64,000 bases of DNA. It comes from Piromyces finnis finn. Lineage: Eukaryota; Fungi; Neocallimastigomycota. The stretch spans positions 372,001-436,000 of the forward strand of contig MCFH01000047.1 of NCBI GenBank assembly GCA_002104945.1, written 5' to 3'. How positions within the stretch are numbered: the stretch's first letter is position 1; each line of letters starts with the position of its first letter. Shown in pieces: positions 11,980 through 23,490 of the stretch. Position numbers and translations under genes: made by a program. The notes beneath the pieces are model-generated. The model had not been told where the DNA came from, did not search any database, and saw only the letters and a list, made by a program, of their open reading frames with translations.

Positions 11980-14334
11980 ATGAACTTCTCACATAAACAA
12001 CCACATGAAGTAGTAAATAACTACTATCATCAAAGAAAACAACAACAAAAGTGTTTATCAACACAAAAATCATATAAGAAAAAGCAAAATAAAACAGGTA
12101 GCATATATCCAAAAATTGATAATGATTTAATGAATTCAAAATATAATCAAAAGCAAATATATATATTACAAAAAACAGACTCCCAAAAAGGAAAAGAAGA
12201 TAAAATCCTTGCAAGCCTTCTTAATAACGAAATGATTAATGAAAATATTTCGGTTATTAGTAACGCCGAAAAGGAAGAATCAAATAATAAAAAGAATATT
12301 GAAAATACTCAACAAAACGATGATAAAAAGAAACGTCAAGATAAACACTACCAAAATAATACTAAACCCAGAACTAATTCAAGTAGCACTCCAATTGGAA
12401 TAGAAACAAATGCTTCTACATTAAATACATCTTCTGCTCCTGTGACACCTACCAATACAAATAATTTTAAGAAACAAGACAATTCAAATAATAGAAGATA
12501 CACTAATAATTCAAACAACAGAAGATACACAAAGCGTGACACGTACAATAATGAAGAAGGTATTTCAAAATCTAATTCTAGAAAGTCAGATGAAATGTCC
12601 AAATCAAATTCAAGAAATGGATACAACAAATCTGATGATATGGCTAGAACCGCGTCAAAGAACGGTTATTCCAAAAAAGATGAAAAGTCTAATCAGAGAA
12701 ATAATAATAATAAATTAAACAATAATAAAACAGATGGACGTAATAATAAAAAAAGTGATACAAATCGTAACAATTATTACCAAAGAAATAATCAAGGTTC
12801 TAATAATAAACGTGAAGATGGTCCAGGTTTTGCTGAAAAGGAATATGGTTTAACCTATGAAAAGTTAAAGGATAATTCATCAAACGATTTAAATCTTGCT
12901 GCTGCAAATAAAAATCACAGTTACAGTAGTAATGTTCCATCAAATACTCCAAACTTACAAAGACGTCGTTCCAGTGCTCCTGAATTACCATTTTTCTTTG
13001 AACAGTTATCTACCGATGGTGGAATGATGAACAATCCAAATCCAATAAATCCTTCTATTACTAATACACCTTCAGTAGCAGCAAATCCAGCAAATTTAAA
13101 CTTCAATTTAATTAATGCTGCAGCTACAGTTTCCAATACAGCAACTCCAAACTTTGCAAATTTCCCACTCAATTTAAATGGATTAAACGGTCTTAATTTG
13201 TTAAATGGTTTTAACCTTTTAAATGGCCTCAATACATTTGCATCCCCAACTACAGCAACACCAACAACCACAACTATACCTTCAAATAATATTAATGCTG
13301 TAGTCTCTTCCTCCAATAATAATTCAAACGCTAACGCCAATAATTCTAACGATAATAGTAAATTAAATAACAATAGTACTATCAATGGACATGGTGGTAG
13401 ATTCAATCATTTGTATGCTGGACCAACCTTTAATAACTCCCCAGCTGCAAGTAGTTTACCAATGCCAAACTTTGTAAATCGTAATACCAATGATTCTAAT
13501 AACGGTGCAGCCTCCTCTAGTAGATTATCAAGAAGTTTTGCTGAAGAATACATGAAGCTTCCTTCACAACTTTATAGTTCTGCTGAAATTAATAATGAAT
13601 TGAGTAAAAACTATGTTGCTGATGATTTAGTATTGTACTCCAAAAATTATAAAAAAGATGATCTTTTCTTCAACAATCCAAATGGTTTCAGTAACTTTAA
13701 TGAAGATTTATTTATGAGACGTGATATTTCTGATATTAACACTCAAAATATTGTTAGTGGTTTAAGTGGTCTTCGTAATACTTCTACCGGTGGTACTGCT
13801 ACACCAAATAAAAGAAATAGTTATGCTGAAGAAGTCTTTGCCATGGATGATGAATATAATAACTCCTCCAATTCTCCAACAAAAACTAAATCAAAGAGTC
13901 ATGAAGATGAAAACCTCAAAAGAAAATCTATGGAATTATTACAATATTTATCATCCTCTGTTGCTGCCAACTCTACAAATTCTAATAATACTAATAATGA
14001 TGAAGCTCAGAAAGTTCAGAGTAAAACAAATGCCAATCAAACTTCAGCTGTTTCTTCCATAAAAATTAGAAGTTATAACAATTCTTCTACTTCCTCTACT
14101 TCATCCTCCTACACCAACACTAATACTACTTTAATTAATAGCAATGAAGATAATTCCATATTTTCTACCACTCCAAACTCATTCTATTCTCCAGCTAATA
14201 AAAATATGAATTCTTCCTTAGCACCTGTTATTTCAGCCACAACAGATGTATTATCTTCTAGTGAAAATTCCAACTCTACTTTGTCACTTGAACAAATTAG
14301 TCAAAACCTCAAAAATATCTTAAAAATTAATTAA
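11980..14334 (+). CDS. Single-exon Asn/Ser-rich, largely disordered protein of unknown function (about 784 aa)
   Basis: 789-codon open frame; first ATG at 11980 (MNFSHKQ). Coding-like composition stands out from the flanks. No recognisable folded domain. Confidence 0.7.
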   Translation: MNFSHKQPHEVVNNYYHQRKQQQKCLSTQKSYKKKQNKTGSIYPKIDNDLMNSKYNQKQIYILQKTDSQKGKEDKILASLLNNEMINENISVISNAEKEESNNKKNIENTQQNDDKKKRQDKHYQNNTKPRTNSSSTPIGIETNASTLNTSSAPVTPTNTNNFKKQDNSNNRRYTNNSNNRRYTKRDTYNNEEGISKSNSRKSDEMSKSNSRNGYNKSDDMARTASKNGYSKKDEKSNQRNNNNKLNNNKTDGRNNKKSDTNRNNYYQRNNQGSNNKREDGPGFAEKEYGLTYEKLKDNSSNDLNLAAANKNHSYSSNVPSNTPNLQRRRSSAPELPFFFEQLSTDGGMMNNPNPINPSITNTPSVAANPANLNFNLINAAATVSNTATPNFANFPLNLNGLNGLNLLNGFNLLNGLNTFASPTTATPTTTTIPSNNINAVVSSSNNNSNANANNSNDNSKLNNNSTINGHGGRFNHLYAGPTFNNSPAASSLPMPNFVNRNTNDSNNGAASSSRLSRSFAEEYMKLPSQLYSSAEINNELSKNYVADDLVLYSKNYKKDDLFFNNPNGFSNFNEDLFMRRDISDINTQNIVSGLSGLRNTSTGGTATPNKRNSYAEEVFAMDDEYNNSSNSPTKTKSKSHEDENLKRKSMELLQYLSSSVAANSTNSNNTNNDEAQKVQSKTNANQTSAVSSIKIRSYNNSSTSSTSSSYTNTNTTLINSNEDNSIFSTTPNSFYSPANKNMNSSLAPVISATTDVLSSSENSNSTLSLEQISQNLKNILKIN

Positions 14335-16292
14335 AACTAATAATTTATCTATCAAGAATAAAAAGGTGTCTATTGCAGTATAAACTTCTTTTTATAAGAA
14401 ATGTCAATGATGTTGTACATTTTAAAAGAGTTTTTTTTTTCAATCTACGAATGAAAAAAAAATAATAAAATATATACATATCAATATACACCTTTCATAT
14501 ATATCAATCTATTATATGCAATATTTTTGATTAAAAAAAATTATACACCAAGATTTCTAGATATTTATATATAAATTCTTTTATATATAAATAAACATTT
14601 AATTTTCATATATATATATATTAATTTTTTAAAATGTATATATTTACACCATAAATAATATTAAAAGAGAGTAAAATCTATAATAATAATAATAATATAT
14701 CAACATTATTATTATATAATATTATTTAAAGAAAATCAAAAGAAAATTTAAACACCATTAAAAAAAAAAAAAACAACCAACAAACCAACAAACTAAAAAA
14801 CAAGTGAATAAAAAATTAAATATATAGTTTACTTAATTTTTAGTCAATACTATATATTGTTTTTTTGTTTGTATGTTTGTTTGTTTTTTTTTATTACAAA
14901 ATAGAAATGCTATAATTGCATGACATTATAATTTTAACTCTTAAAATTATAAAGAAATAAATGATCTATCATTTTATAAAACCAAAACAAAATCACCTAT
15001 TTTATCATCAACCATAAAATATCATTATTATACGCCATATCATATCACAGTACAACAACTTTACCCAAAACATTATCAAATTATTCAACAGAAAACTTGG
15101 AATTAAATTTATGTATATATTATTTCAATATATATGTTTTTTAATTATCAAGGTGTATTCGATATACATACATAATATTACAAAATCAAGTTTTTTTTTT
15201 TTTTAAAAAAAAACAAAAAAATCACACAAAAGCGAAAATAAATGGATGTCAAATTTATTTATTTTTATGCTCTACAACAAAACAATACTTTTAACAATAA
15301 TTAACAAATAACTCTCTATATAATATAAATTCATTCATTCTAACATATTTATGTATTTTATCAAAATATTTTGGGAATTGATGGATTTTATAATGCTATT
15401 AACAATAGTAGCTATGTAGAAATAAAATGAAAAGGCAAACGAAAACTAAAAAGTTAATGAAAAATTGTTAAAAATATTAAAATCTAAATTAAAAAAAATC
15501 ATAGGAATAGTAAAAAAAAAAAAAAAAAAAAAGGAAAGGAAAAAAAAAAAAAAAAAAAAGATGATGATGAAAGAAAATAAAAAATAAATAAATAAATAAA
15601 ATAGAAAAAATTTTAAACAAGAAATACAATATTTTTTCAAGTTTTTTACTTTTTCTATATTTTGTTATTTATTAACTTTTATTTTCATAATCTACCTTTT
15701 TTTTTTATTATTATTATTTTTTTTTTTAATTACAATTTTTTTTTTCTCAGGATGAAAAGGAAAATTTTATATTTATTTTATAGTATAGTCAAATTTATAG
15801 TTTATTGTAAGGGAAAAAAAAAAAAAAAAAAAAAAAAACTATTGTAATAATAAGTAAACATAGACAGAAGAAATTAGGATATAAGTATCAATCATAGAAA
15901 AATTCTTTTTTTCAATTATAATAAATTATAATAAAAAGCATAAATAAATATAGATAAATGAATAATTCAAATCATGTGTTATTTAAAAATAAAATAAAAA
16001 ATAAAAATTGTTTTGCGTTTGCATTCTCTCCTTGGATCATATTAAATCAAAAATGAACAATTAAATTAACATGGTAAAGAGAAGAAGAAAAAAAAAAAAA
16101 ATTAATATTTTACTTCTCCACAATAAAAACAAAAAAAAAAAAATCAGTAATATTAATAATATTATAAGCACGTTATAATTCTGTTAATAATTTAATATCT
16201 CATTGTTTTTAAAAATAAGTGATATTGAATTATTGCTTGTATTATAAAGAAGCTTATTAATAAATTGCTAATCTAATGAAGATTGGGATAAC

Positions 16293-16332
<40 letters not shown>

Positions 16333-16586
16333 TTTCGTAAAATATAAAACAGCAATAATAATAGTAAAATAAAAAAAAAAATAGTAAGGAAATAAAAAAA
16401 AAAAAAAAAAAAAAAAAACAATATATAATCAAAAATAAAAATAAAAAAAAAAGTTAAGCATTATCAACTTAAATAAAAAAAAAAAGAAAAAAAAAAAAAG
16501 AAAAAGAAAAGAAAAAAGAAAATATATTAATTATTTTAAAATCATTCTAATTATCTTTGGTCATTTTTGTTGTTTTTTTTTTTTAC

Positions 16587-16614
16587 TTATTTATTTATTT
16601 ATTTATTTATTTGT

Positions 16615-16673
<59 letters not shown>

Positions 16674-16674
16674 T
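16587..16674. repeat. Short (ATTT)n microsatellite
   Basis: About 22 ATTT units with one GTTT variant. Confidence 0.9.
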
Positions 16675-17114
16675 AAATAAAGGAAATCAGGGCTTTTAGT
16701 TTATTTATTTTCTTTATTTTAAAAATAGGATATACGTATGATTAAAAGAAAATAAATAAATGGTATTACTAAAAAATAATAATAGCTTAGTTTATTAAAG
16801 CAAAATGAAATTAATAATTATTTTTATATCATTATTATCATAGATGAAGTGGGTTTTTTTTTTTTTTTTTATATGGGTGATGCTTTTATATAATCTATTA
16901 GATTTTCTTTTTTTTTTTTTTTTTTTATTGTCCCTTTTTTATTCCAACTATGAACCTATGAACACCTTGAAATTTTAAGCATTTTACAGGAAAATGTTAA
17001 TGTAAAATTAAAGACTTATTCCTTCCTGAAATACTAATAACTCAATCCATAATAAATTTATTTGGCGAAACTTCTTAGTTGTAATGAAACAACCAAAGCT
17101 GTTACGATTTAAAT

Positions 17115-18641
17115 AATGTTACACAGGTAGTTTTTTTTTTAAAGATTTTATTTATAATTTATAATTCATAGAGAGAGAAAAAAAGAAAAAAGAAAATAGC
17201 TATAATATTTATCAAATTAACAATTATATTAAGACTAAAAATGTTTTTGTAATATGAATTTAGTATTACTCATTAATTATATATATAAATATTTTTTTTA
17301 ATTAATTTCAATTATTTTTAAAAAATTTTATTTCATATTGTAAAAAAAAAAAAAACGAAAATAAAATTAATTAAATACAAAAAAATAAAAAATTAAAAAA
17401 TGAATAAAAGGTATTTCTATAGCAAGTTTTAAGGTCAAAGTATTAACTATCACTATAATATTTTTTTTTCATTATAAAGAAATAAAAATATTTAAAAAAC
17501 ATCAATTTTAAATTAAATTATTTTAATTTAATAACAGACTAGACTGGAATACCACACCAGTCATTATCTTCAATACCCTAAACACTGTCATCATCAACGT
17601 AATAGACAGTACTATAACCTGAACAGCATTTATTTATTACCTTGAGCAATAATACCAACATTACAAATTTGTTTAATGAATGATAAATCTTTTAACAAAC
17701 TACTAAAGTATCTATTCATCAAACGTCCGCTTTTAATACCAGTATAAATTATTTATAATAAATCATTATTTTGACAGCTATCATTATCGAAACCGTAGTA
17801 TTCCTCTTCATCATTTGGAACTCTGAGTCATATGCAAGTATCAAATAATAATAGTTTTTTTTTCTAAATTTGGATTAGTCCACTAGTTCACCTAAATCAG
17901 CATATTTTGAATTGCACCAAACTTTGACATTATCATATTCTTTAGTAAAATCAATTAAAATCAACACCATTATGACTAATATTAAACAATAAACTTCTTT
18001 CCAGTAATTCCTACGTTTTCATGGGATTCACTTTTAATAAATTGAAAATTGTTAATATTAATATTGAAATCATGAATAGCAGCACCTTTATTAACATTTA
18101 AATTTGGCAACTTATTGTCAGAAACCTCAAGTACATTTGTACAATTATTAATAAATAATGGAATCCTTTTGTAAGGTATAAAATAAAATCGCAATCTTCA
18201 GTGGGAGCGGAAGCTGTAATAAGATTATCAATAATATCTGGTACAATAGCCATAACTATTTTATCATTTGGGTGCTTATTAATAATTTCGATAATTCTAT
18301 CAGCAAAATCTTTGTAATATGTTATATAATAATTCCTATATTTTTCTGAAATAGCATCATTCATAAATATTTATGTTCAAATGTATATTGAATCATCCTA
18401 GAATTTATATTATATCAACCACAATGGATTAATCTATAAACCTATAAATATTAATGAATGCCCATGTCTAATTTTTAAAAACAACATGTATTAAAAGTGT
18501 TGTTAATGTAATGTTTACGTAGAATAGAGAAACAACTACTACTGAAATTTTATCTTCGCATTTGCGGGGTTGAACCAAAAGTATTTATGATTTTATATTA
18601 AATTTATCATTTTTAGTTAAAAAATACAATGTTACACAGGT
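17115..18641. repeat. 14-bp direct repeat AATGTTACACAGGT at 17115-17128 and 18628-18641 bracketing the GH6 pseudogene (candidate target-site duplication)
   Basis: Both copies read identically. T10 at 17131-17140 (A10 on the pseudogene sense strand) lies just inside the left copy. Confidence 0.55.
17539..18580 (-). pseudogene. Degraded GH6 cellobiohydrolase gene with C-terminal fungal dockerin (NCDD/CBM10-like); multiple frameshifts, deletions and stops
   Basis: Minus-strand fragments match GH6 blocks: KHPNDKIVMAIVPDIIDNLIT (cf. xHPxSKVVMVVEPDTLGNLVT), AIHDFNININNFQ (cf. IRGFSTNVSNYQ), GITGKKFIV-fs-NISHNGVDF (cf. KFIVDTSRNG), VWCNSKYADLG (cf. TWCNLKGAGLG). The C-terminal QG-fs-KCCSGYSTVYYVDDDSV*GIEDNDWCGIP is the anaerobic-fungal dockerin pattern, with TGG changed to TAG and a 4-nt AAAT duplication. 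The 5' limit is approximate. Confidence 0.85.
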
Positions 18642-19277
18642 GAATTATAAAATTATTTGTTTTTTTTTTTAATATAAAAAATAGCATTTAGAAAATTTTT
18701 TTAATTTTAAAAAATTAATTTTTTAAAATGTTATTCCTACCTAAAATTTATAATTTAAGTGAAAAAAAAAAAAAAGGAATATATAAAATAGGTAATATTT
18801 ATTAAATTATTGTATTAAAAATAAGCAATATTTCTGTAGAATAAATATAATATTATTATTTAATTGACTATTAATGCACTTTAACATTATCCTATATCTT
18901 TTCTAAAATGTTAAACAGAAACCTTTCCTACATTTAATTATGCCTTTTAATAATCATACATTCTATTTATAATACATTTTATTATTATACATTCTATGAA
19001 TATCCAATAAATTTTTAATATATGTTATTATATAATAATACCTAACTGATAAACGATTGGACTTTTCAATTTAACCGATTTATTTTATAGAATTAATAAT
19101 ATGTATATTGATATATTATAATTATATTCTACTCATATAATAATTTATTATTAAAAAAAGATAATAAAATTTTTAATAATGATTCATTTAAATATGTAAA
19201 AAATGAAATTTTTGTAAATTTTTTTTTTTTTTCTTTTTCTTTACTTCAGTTTTAATATTATTTATTGATATATTAAA

Positions 19278-21522
19278 ATGAGTTTTAGTTTAGCTAATTT
19301 AGCTACTAAGGGTAGCAATTTATTTAAGTTAACTACTCCAGCTCTCTTAGGAGCTAAGAGGTAATTGCTTATAAATAATTTTGTTATTTAAATCTACTAT
19401 TTATAAATATATTATAAATATATAAAAAAAGTGATGAGATAATTATAAGAAATAAGTTATTCTGATAATATTTTAAATAAAAATTACAATTTTATATAAA
19501 TATTAAAATAAAATAGATTCGGAAGTAGCAAGCCAATTAACAAGTTCTCCAAGATTGTTACTGAACCAAAATCTCGTGGTGGTTCTCAAGCTATGCGTAA
19601 GTAAATAATATTTAAAAAGAAAAAAGAATCTTTTAAGAATAAAAGATTATTAATGTTTAAATATTTTATATTAATTAATAACTATAAAATAGTTATTGCT
19701 ACTGGTATTAAGCCAGAAGATTTAAAGAAGCCACAAATTGGTATTGGTAGTGTGTAAGTATATAATATATAAAAATATTAATTAATATGAAGAATAAAAA
19801 TTAAGTAAAATTAAATAATTAAATTTTTTTTAAAAGTTGGTATGATGGTAATCCATGTAACATGCATTTATTAGATCTCGGTTCTGTTGTTAAGAAGGCT
19901 GTTCAAAACCAACAAATGAACGGTATGCGTTTCAACATGATTGGTGTTTCTGATGGTATTAGTAACGGTACTGATGGTATGTCTTTCTCTCTTCAATCCA
20001 GAGAAATTATTGCCGATTCCATTGAAACTGTAAGTTTTGAATATTATTAATATGGATATTAAATAATAGCATATTAATTCAAAAATTAGATAATTAAATA
20101 GTGAAATAGTTTAAAAGTTAAATGGAACTCTAACGATCTTTGAAATAATTTTAAATATAGATCATGAGCGCCCAATTCTACGATGCTAACATTTCTTTAC
20201 CAGGTTGTGATAAGAACATGCCAGGTTGTTTAATTGCTGCTGCTCGTCTTAACCGTCCAACTATTATTATCTACGGTGGTACTATTAAGCCAGGTCACAC
20301 TAAGAAGGGTGATACCATTGATCTTGTTTCCGCTTTCCAATGTTACGGTCAATACCTTTCTGGTGAAATTTCTGAAGAAGAAAGAGTTGAAATCATTAAC
20401 AACGCTTGTCCAGGTGCTGGTGCTTGTGGTGGTATGTACACTGCTAACACTATGGCCTCTATTATTGAAACTATGGGTATGTCTCTCCCATACAGTTCTT
20501 CTACTCCAGCTGAAGATCCATTAAAGGAAGAAGAATGTGTCAGAGCTGCTGCTGCCATTAAGAACTTAATGGAAAAGGACATTAAGCCACTTGATATTAT
20601 GACTAGAAAGGCTTTCGAAAACGCCATCACTATTGCTTTAATTCTTGGTGGTTCTACTAACTCTGTTCTCCACTTACTCGCTATTGCTCGTGCTTGTAAG
20701 GTTCCACTTAACATTGATGATTTCCAAGAATTCAGTAACCGTATTCCAGTTCTTGCTGATCTTAAGCCAAGTGGTAAGTACGTTATGGAAGATCTTCAAA
20801 AGATTGGTGGTCTCCCAGCTATTCAAAAGTACTTATTAAACGAAGGTCTTCTTCACGGTGATATCATGACCGTTACTGGTAAGACTTTAGCTGAAAATCT
20901 TAAGGATGTTGCTCCAATTGATTTCGAAACTCAAGATATTATTCGTCCACTTTCTAACCCAATCAAGAAGAATGGTCACATTATCATTATGAAGGGTAAT
21001 GTTTCTCCAGATGGTGGTGTTGCTAAGATTACTGGTAAGGAAGGTTTATTCTTCGAAGGTACTGCCCACTGTTTCGATTGTGAAGAAGATATGTTAGCCG
21101 CTTTAGAAAGAGGTGAAATTAAGAAGGGTGAAGTTATTATTATTCGTTACGAAGGTCCAACTGGTGGTCCAGGTATGCCAGAAATGCTTACTCCAACTAG
21201 TGCTGTTATGGGTGCTGGTCTTGGTAAGGATGTTGCTTTATTAACTGATGGTCGTTTCTCTGGTGGTTCCCACGGTTTCATTATTGGTCACATTACTCCA
21301 GAAGCTCAAGTTGGTGGTCCAATTGCTTTAATTAAGAACGGTGATAAGATTACCATTGATTCCGTTAAGAGAACTATTCACGCTCATGTTAGTGATGAAG
21401 AATTCGCTAAGCGTCGTGCTGAATGGAAGGCTCCACCATACAGAGCTACCCAAGGTACTCTTAAGAAGTACATTAAGTTAGTTAAGCCAGCTAACTTAGG
21501 TTGTGTTACTGATGAATGGTAA
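19278..21522 (+). CDS. ILV3: Dihydroxy-acid dehydratase (IlvD/Ilv3) with N-terminal organelle-type presequence; 5 exons (19278-19360, 19517-19596, 19693-19753, 19837-20029, 20161-21522)
   Basis: Spliced sequence includes SQAMLIATG...[72 protein letters not shown] and [12 protein letters not shown]. The Fe-S ligand motifs PCN, CDK and CGG are present. Canonical GT-AG introns. Confidence 0.97.
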
Positions 21523-22454
21523 ATTAGTTAAATGGAAGGTTTAACTAAAACGTTAAAAACACACTACCACATTATTTTTTTTTTACCAAACCTATTTTAT
21601 TTAATTTATTATAGAAATAGAAAATGCATTACATACAAAGTGTAATATATTTTAATTTATTTATTAAATTAAGTTAAATTCAATGTAAAAAACGTTATTG
21701 AATTTTATTAATTTTAAATATAAATAAAAGCTACATAATTAATTACATATAAAAAAAAGATTTAATTAATCCCCCCTCTCCCTGTTCCTTTTATCTTTTT
21801 TCTTTTTTTAAAAAAAAACAAATATATAAATGTTTAAAAATAAAATAATTTTATGTGCTTATTTTAAGAAAGTAAACATTAAATTATTAGAATGGAATCA
21901 TTTATAAAGTAAAAAAAAAAGGTATAAAGATAAAACAAACTACTACAAATTAAAAGCATAAACACAAAACAAAAATACAATGTATTTTATTGATACAAAT
22001 CCATTTTAAAGATAAATCTTTTTTTAAAAAAAAAAAAAAGTTTAAGAACATATAACATAAAAATGCATCAAGTAGTTAATAATAAACAGATATTTTTATT
22101 TATGCCTATGTAAAAAAAAAATAAACAAAAAGAAAAACTAAAAAACCAAAAAAAAGAAAGGATTATCTTTTTGTTTAAAAAAAAAAATAAATAAACTTAT
22201 ATATAAAAAAAAAAAGTTTTAAAATTGTGTTTATTTTTTTTTTAAAAAAAGAAATATTATTTTTTGTTAATAAAATCAATATTTTTTATGTTTTGTATAT
22301 ATTTATATATAACACTTTTTGAGGTTTTCTCGTTATTACTTTAAAAGAAAAAAATTATATTAGTAATATTAAATACACACAATAATAATAATGGTAAAAA
22401 TGTTAATTTTGCTTCTTTAAATCATTATAATTTTAATGAATTACTAATTATCCT

Positions 22455-23490
22455 TGTTAGGACACTTGATAAAAAACTAAAGAAACATGGAGATGTTAAA
22501 GCAGTTAAAAACTTTTATTGGAAAGATCTCAAAGGGAATTCAATCAAAGCGCAATATTATGATGATAATAAATTTATTGAAACTAAAGATTTTATCAAAT
22601 TATGTTATGAATACCCAGAGTTTGCCTATGGCTTCTACTGGCTATTGAAAGCAAGAAGCGGATACAAGTTGGATGCTAGAGTTGCAAAAGCTGCTAAATT
22701 TATTGATCCAGTTTGCCCTAATTACTGTCCATGTTGCAAGTGTGGTGTTCAAAGTATTAAACATTGGTTATTAGATTGTCCAACATTTAGAGATATCCGT
22801 ATTAAACATTTTGATTCCATAGTCCAGCTATTTAATTTTTTCAGTCAACGTAATTCCAACAGTCCTATCAATAATAATGAAAATGTTAATATCAGTAGAG
22901 ACAGTAATAACATTAATAGTAATAGTAACAATAGTAGTAATAATAATAACAATAGTAATAGTAACAATAGTAATAATAACAATAGTAGTAATAGAAATAA
23001 TAATATTTGTAATGATAGCAATAGTGAAGATAATAATTCTAATTTAGATAGTAATTTAGTTAATGCTAGTAATAGTTCTAATAATGCGGTGAATATTAAT
23101 GTGTATGATTATTCTAGTGTGTGCAGTAAAATATTTAAATTCCTTCTTGGGGGAAGAAGTTTTAACAATATCAATTACAATTCAAGGGAATGGAAAGAAC
23201 TTTGCAAGTGTCAGATTCAATCTGGTACTAATGAAGGAACACCATTCTTGACGGTAACCGCGGAACTTCTAACCAAAATCATGCCTTTTGCTATTGGCCA
23301 GCAATGGTCAATGTTCAAAAGGTTTGAAGCAACATCCAAGAGCGTCAATGCTGAAGAAACAGTAAGACAGGCCAGGAGGGCCAGCGCAACCAATGGAGAT
23401 CATAATTTTGTTCCATGACAAAATTTTGATCTTTGGCTCGGTGTCCCATTGGAAGTCAAATACAATTATTATACCTTAGTATAATAGTGG
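22455..23490 (+). mobile_element. 5'-truncated non-LTR (LINE-like) retrotransposon 3' end: C-terminal ORF2 region with CCHC zinc finger; no RT or endonuclease domain retained
   Basis: The frame is open from about 22345 to 23418 with no ATG before the conserved part, and GC rises abruptly near 22455. CPCCKCGVQSIKHWLLDCPTFRDIR (22726-22779) is a C-x2-C-x8-H-x4-C finger typical of LINE ORF2 C-termini. Intronless. Confidence 0.7.

Noticed and set aside
15446-15847. Short ORFs 15446-15640 and 15662-15847
   Set aside because: Poly-A/T homopolymer artefacts (poly-F/K) with no coding signature.
16945-17110. Coding-like patch just left of the GH6 repeat
   Set aside because: All frames are short with stops and no recognisable family.
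19431-19465. GTGATGA...CTGA in ILV3 intron 1 resembling C/D snoRNA boxes
   Set aside because: Only about 35 nt from box C to box D, no terminal stem, and an almost pure A/T interior with no plausible rRNA guide.
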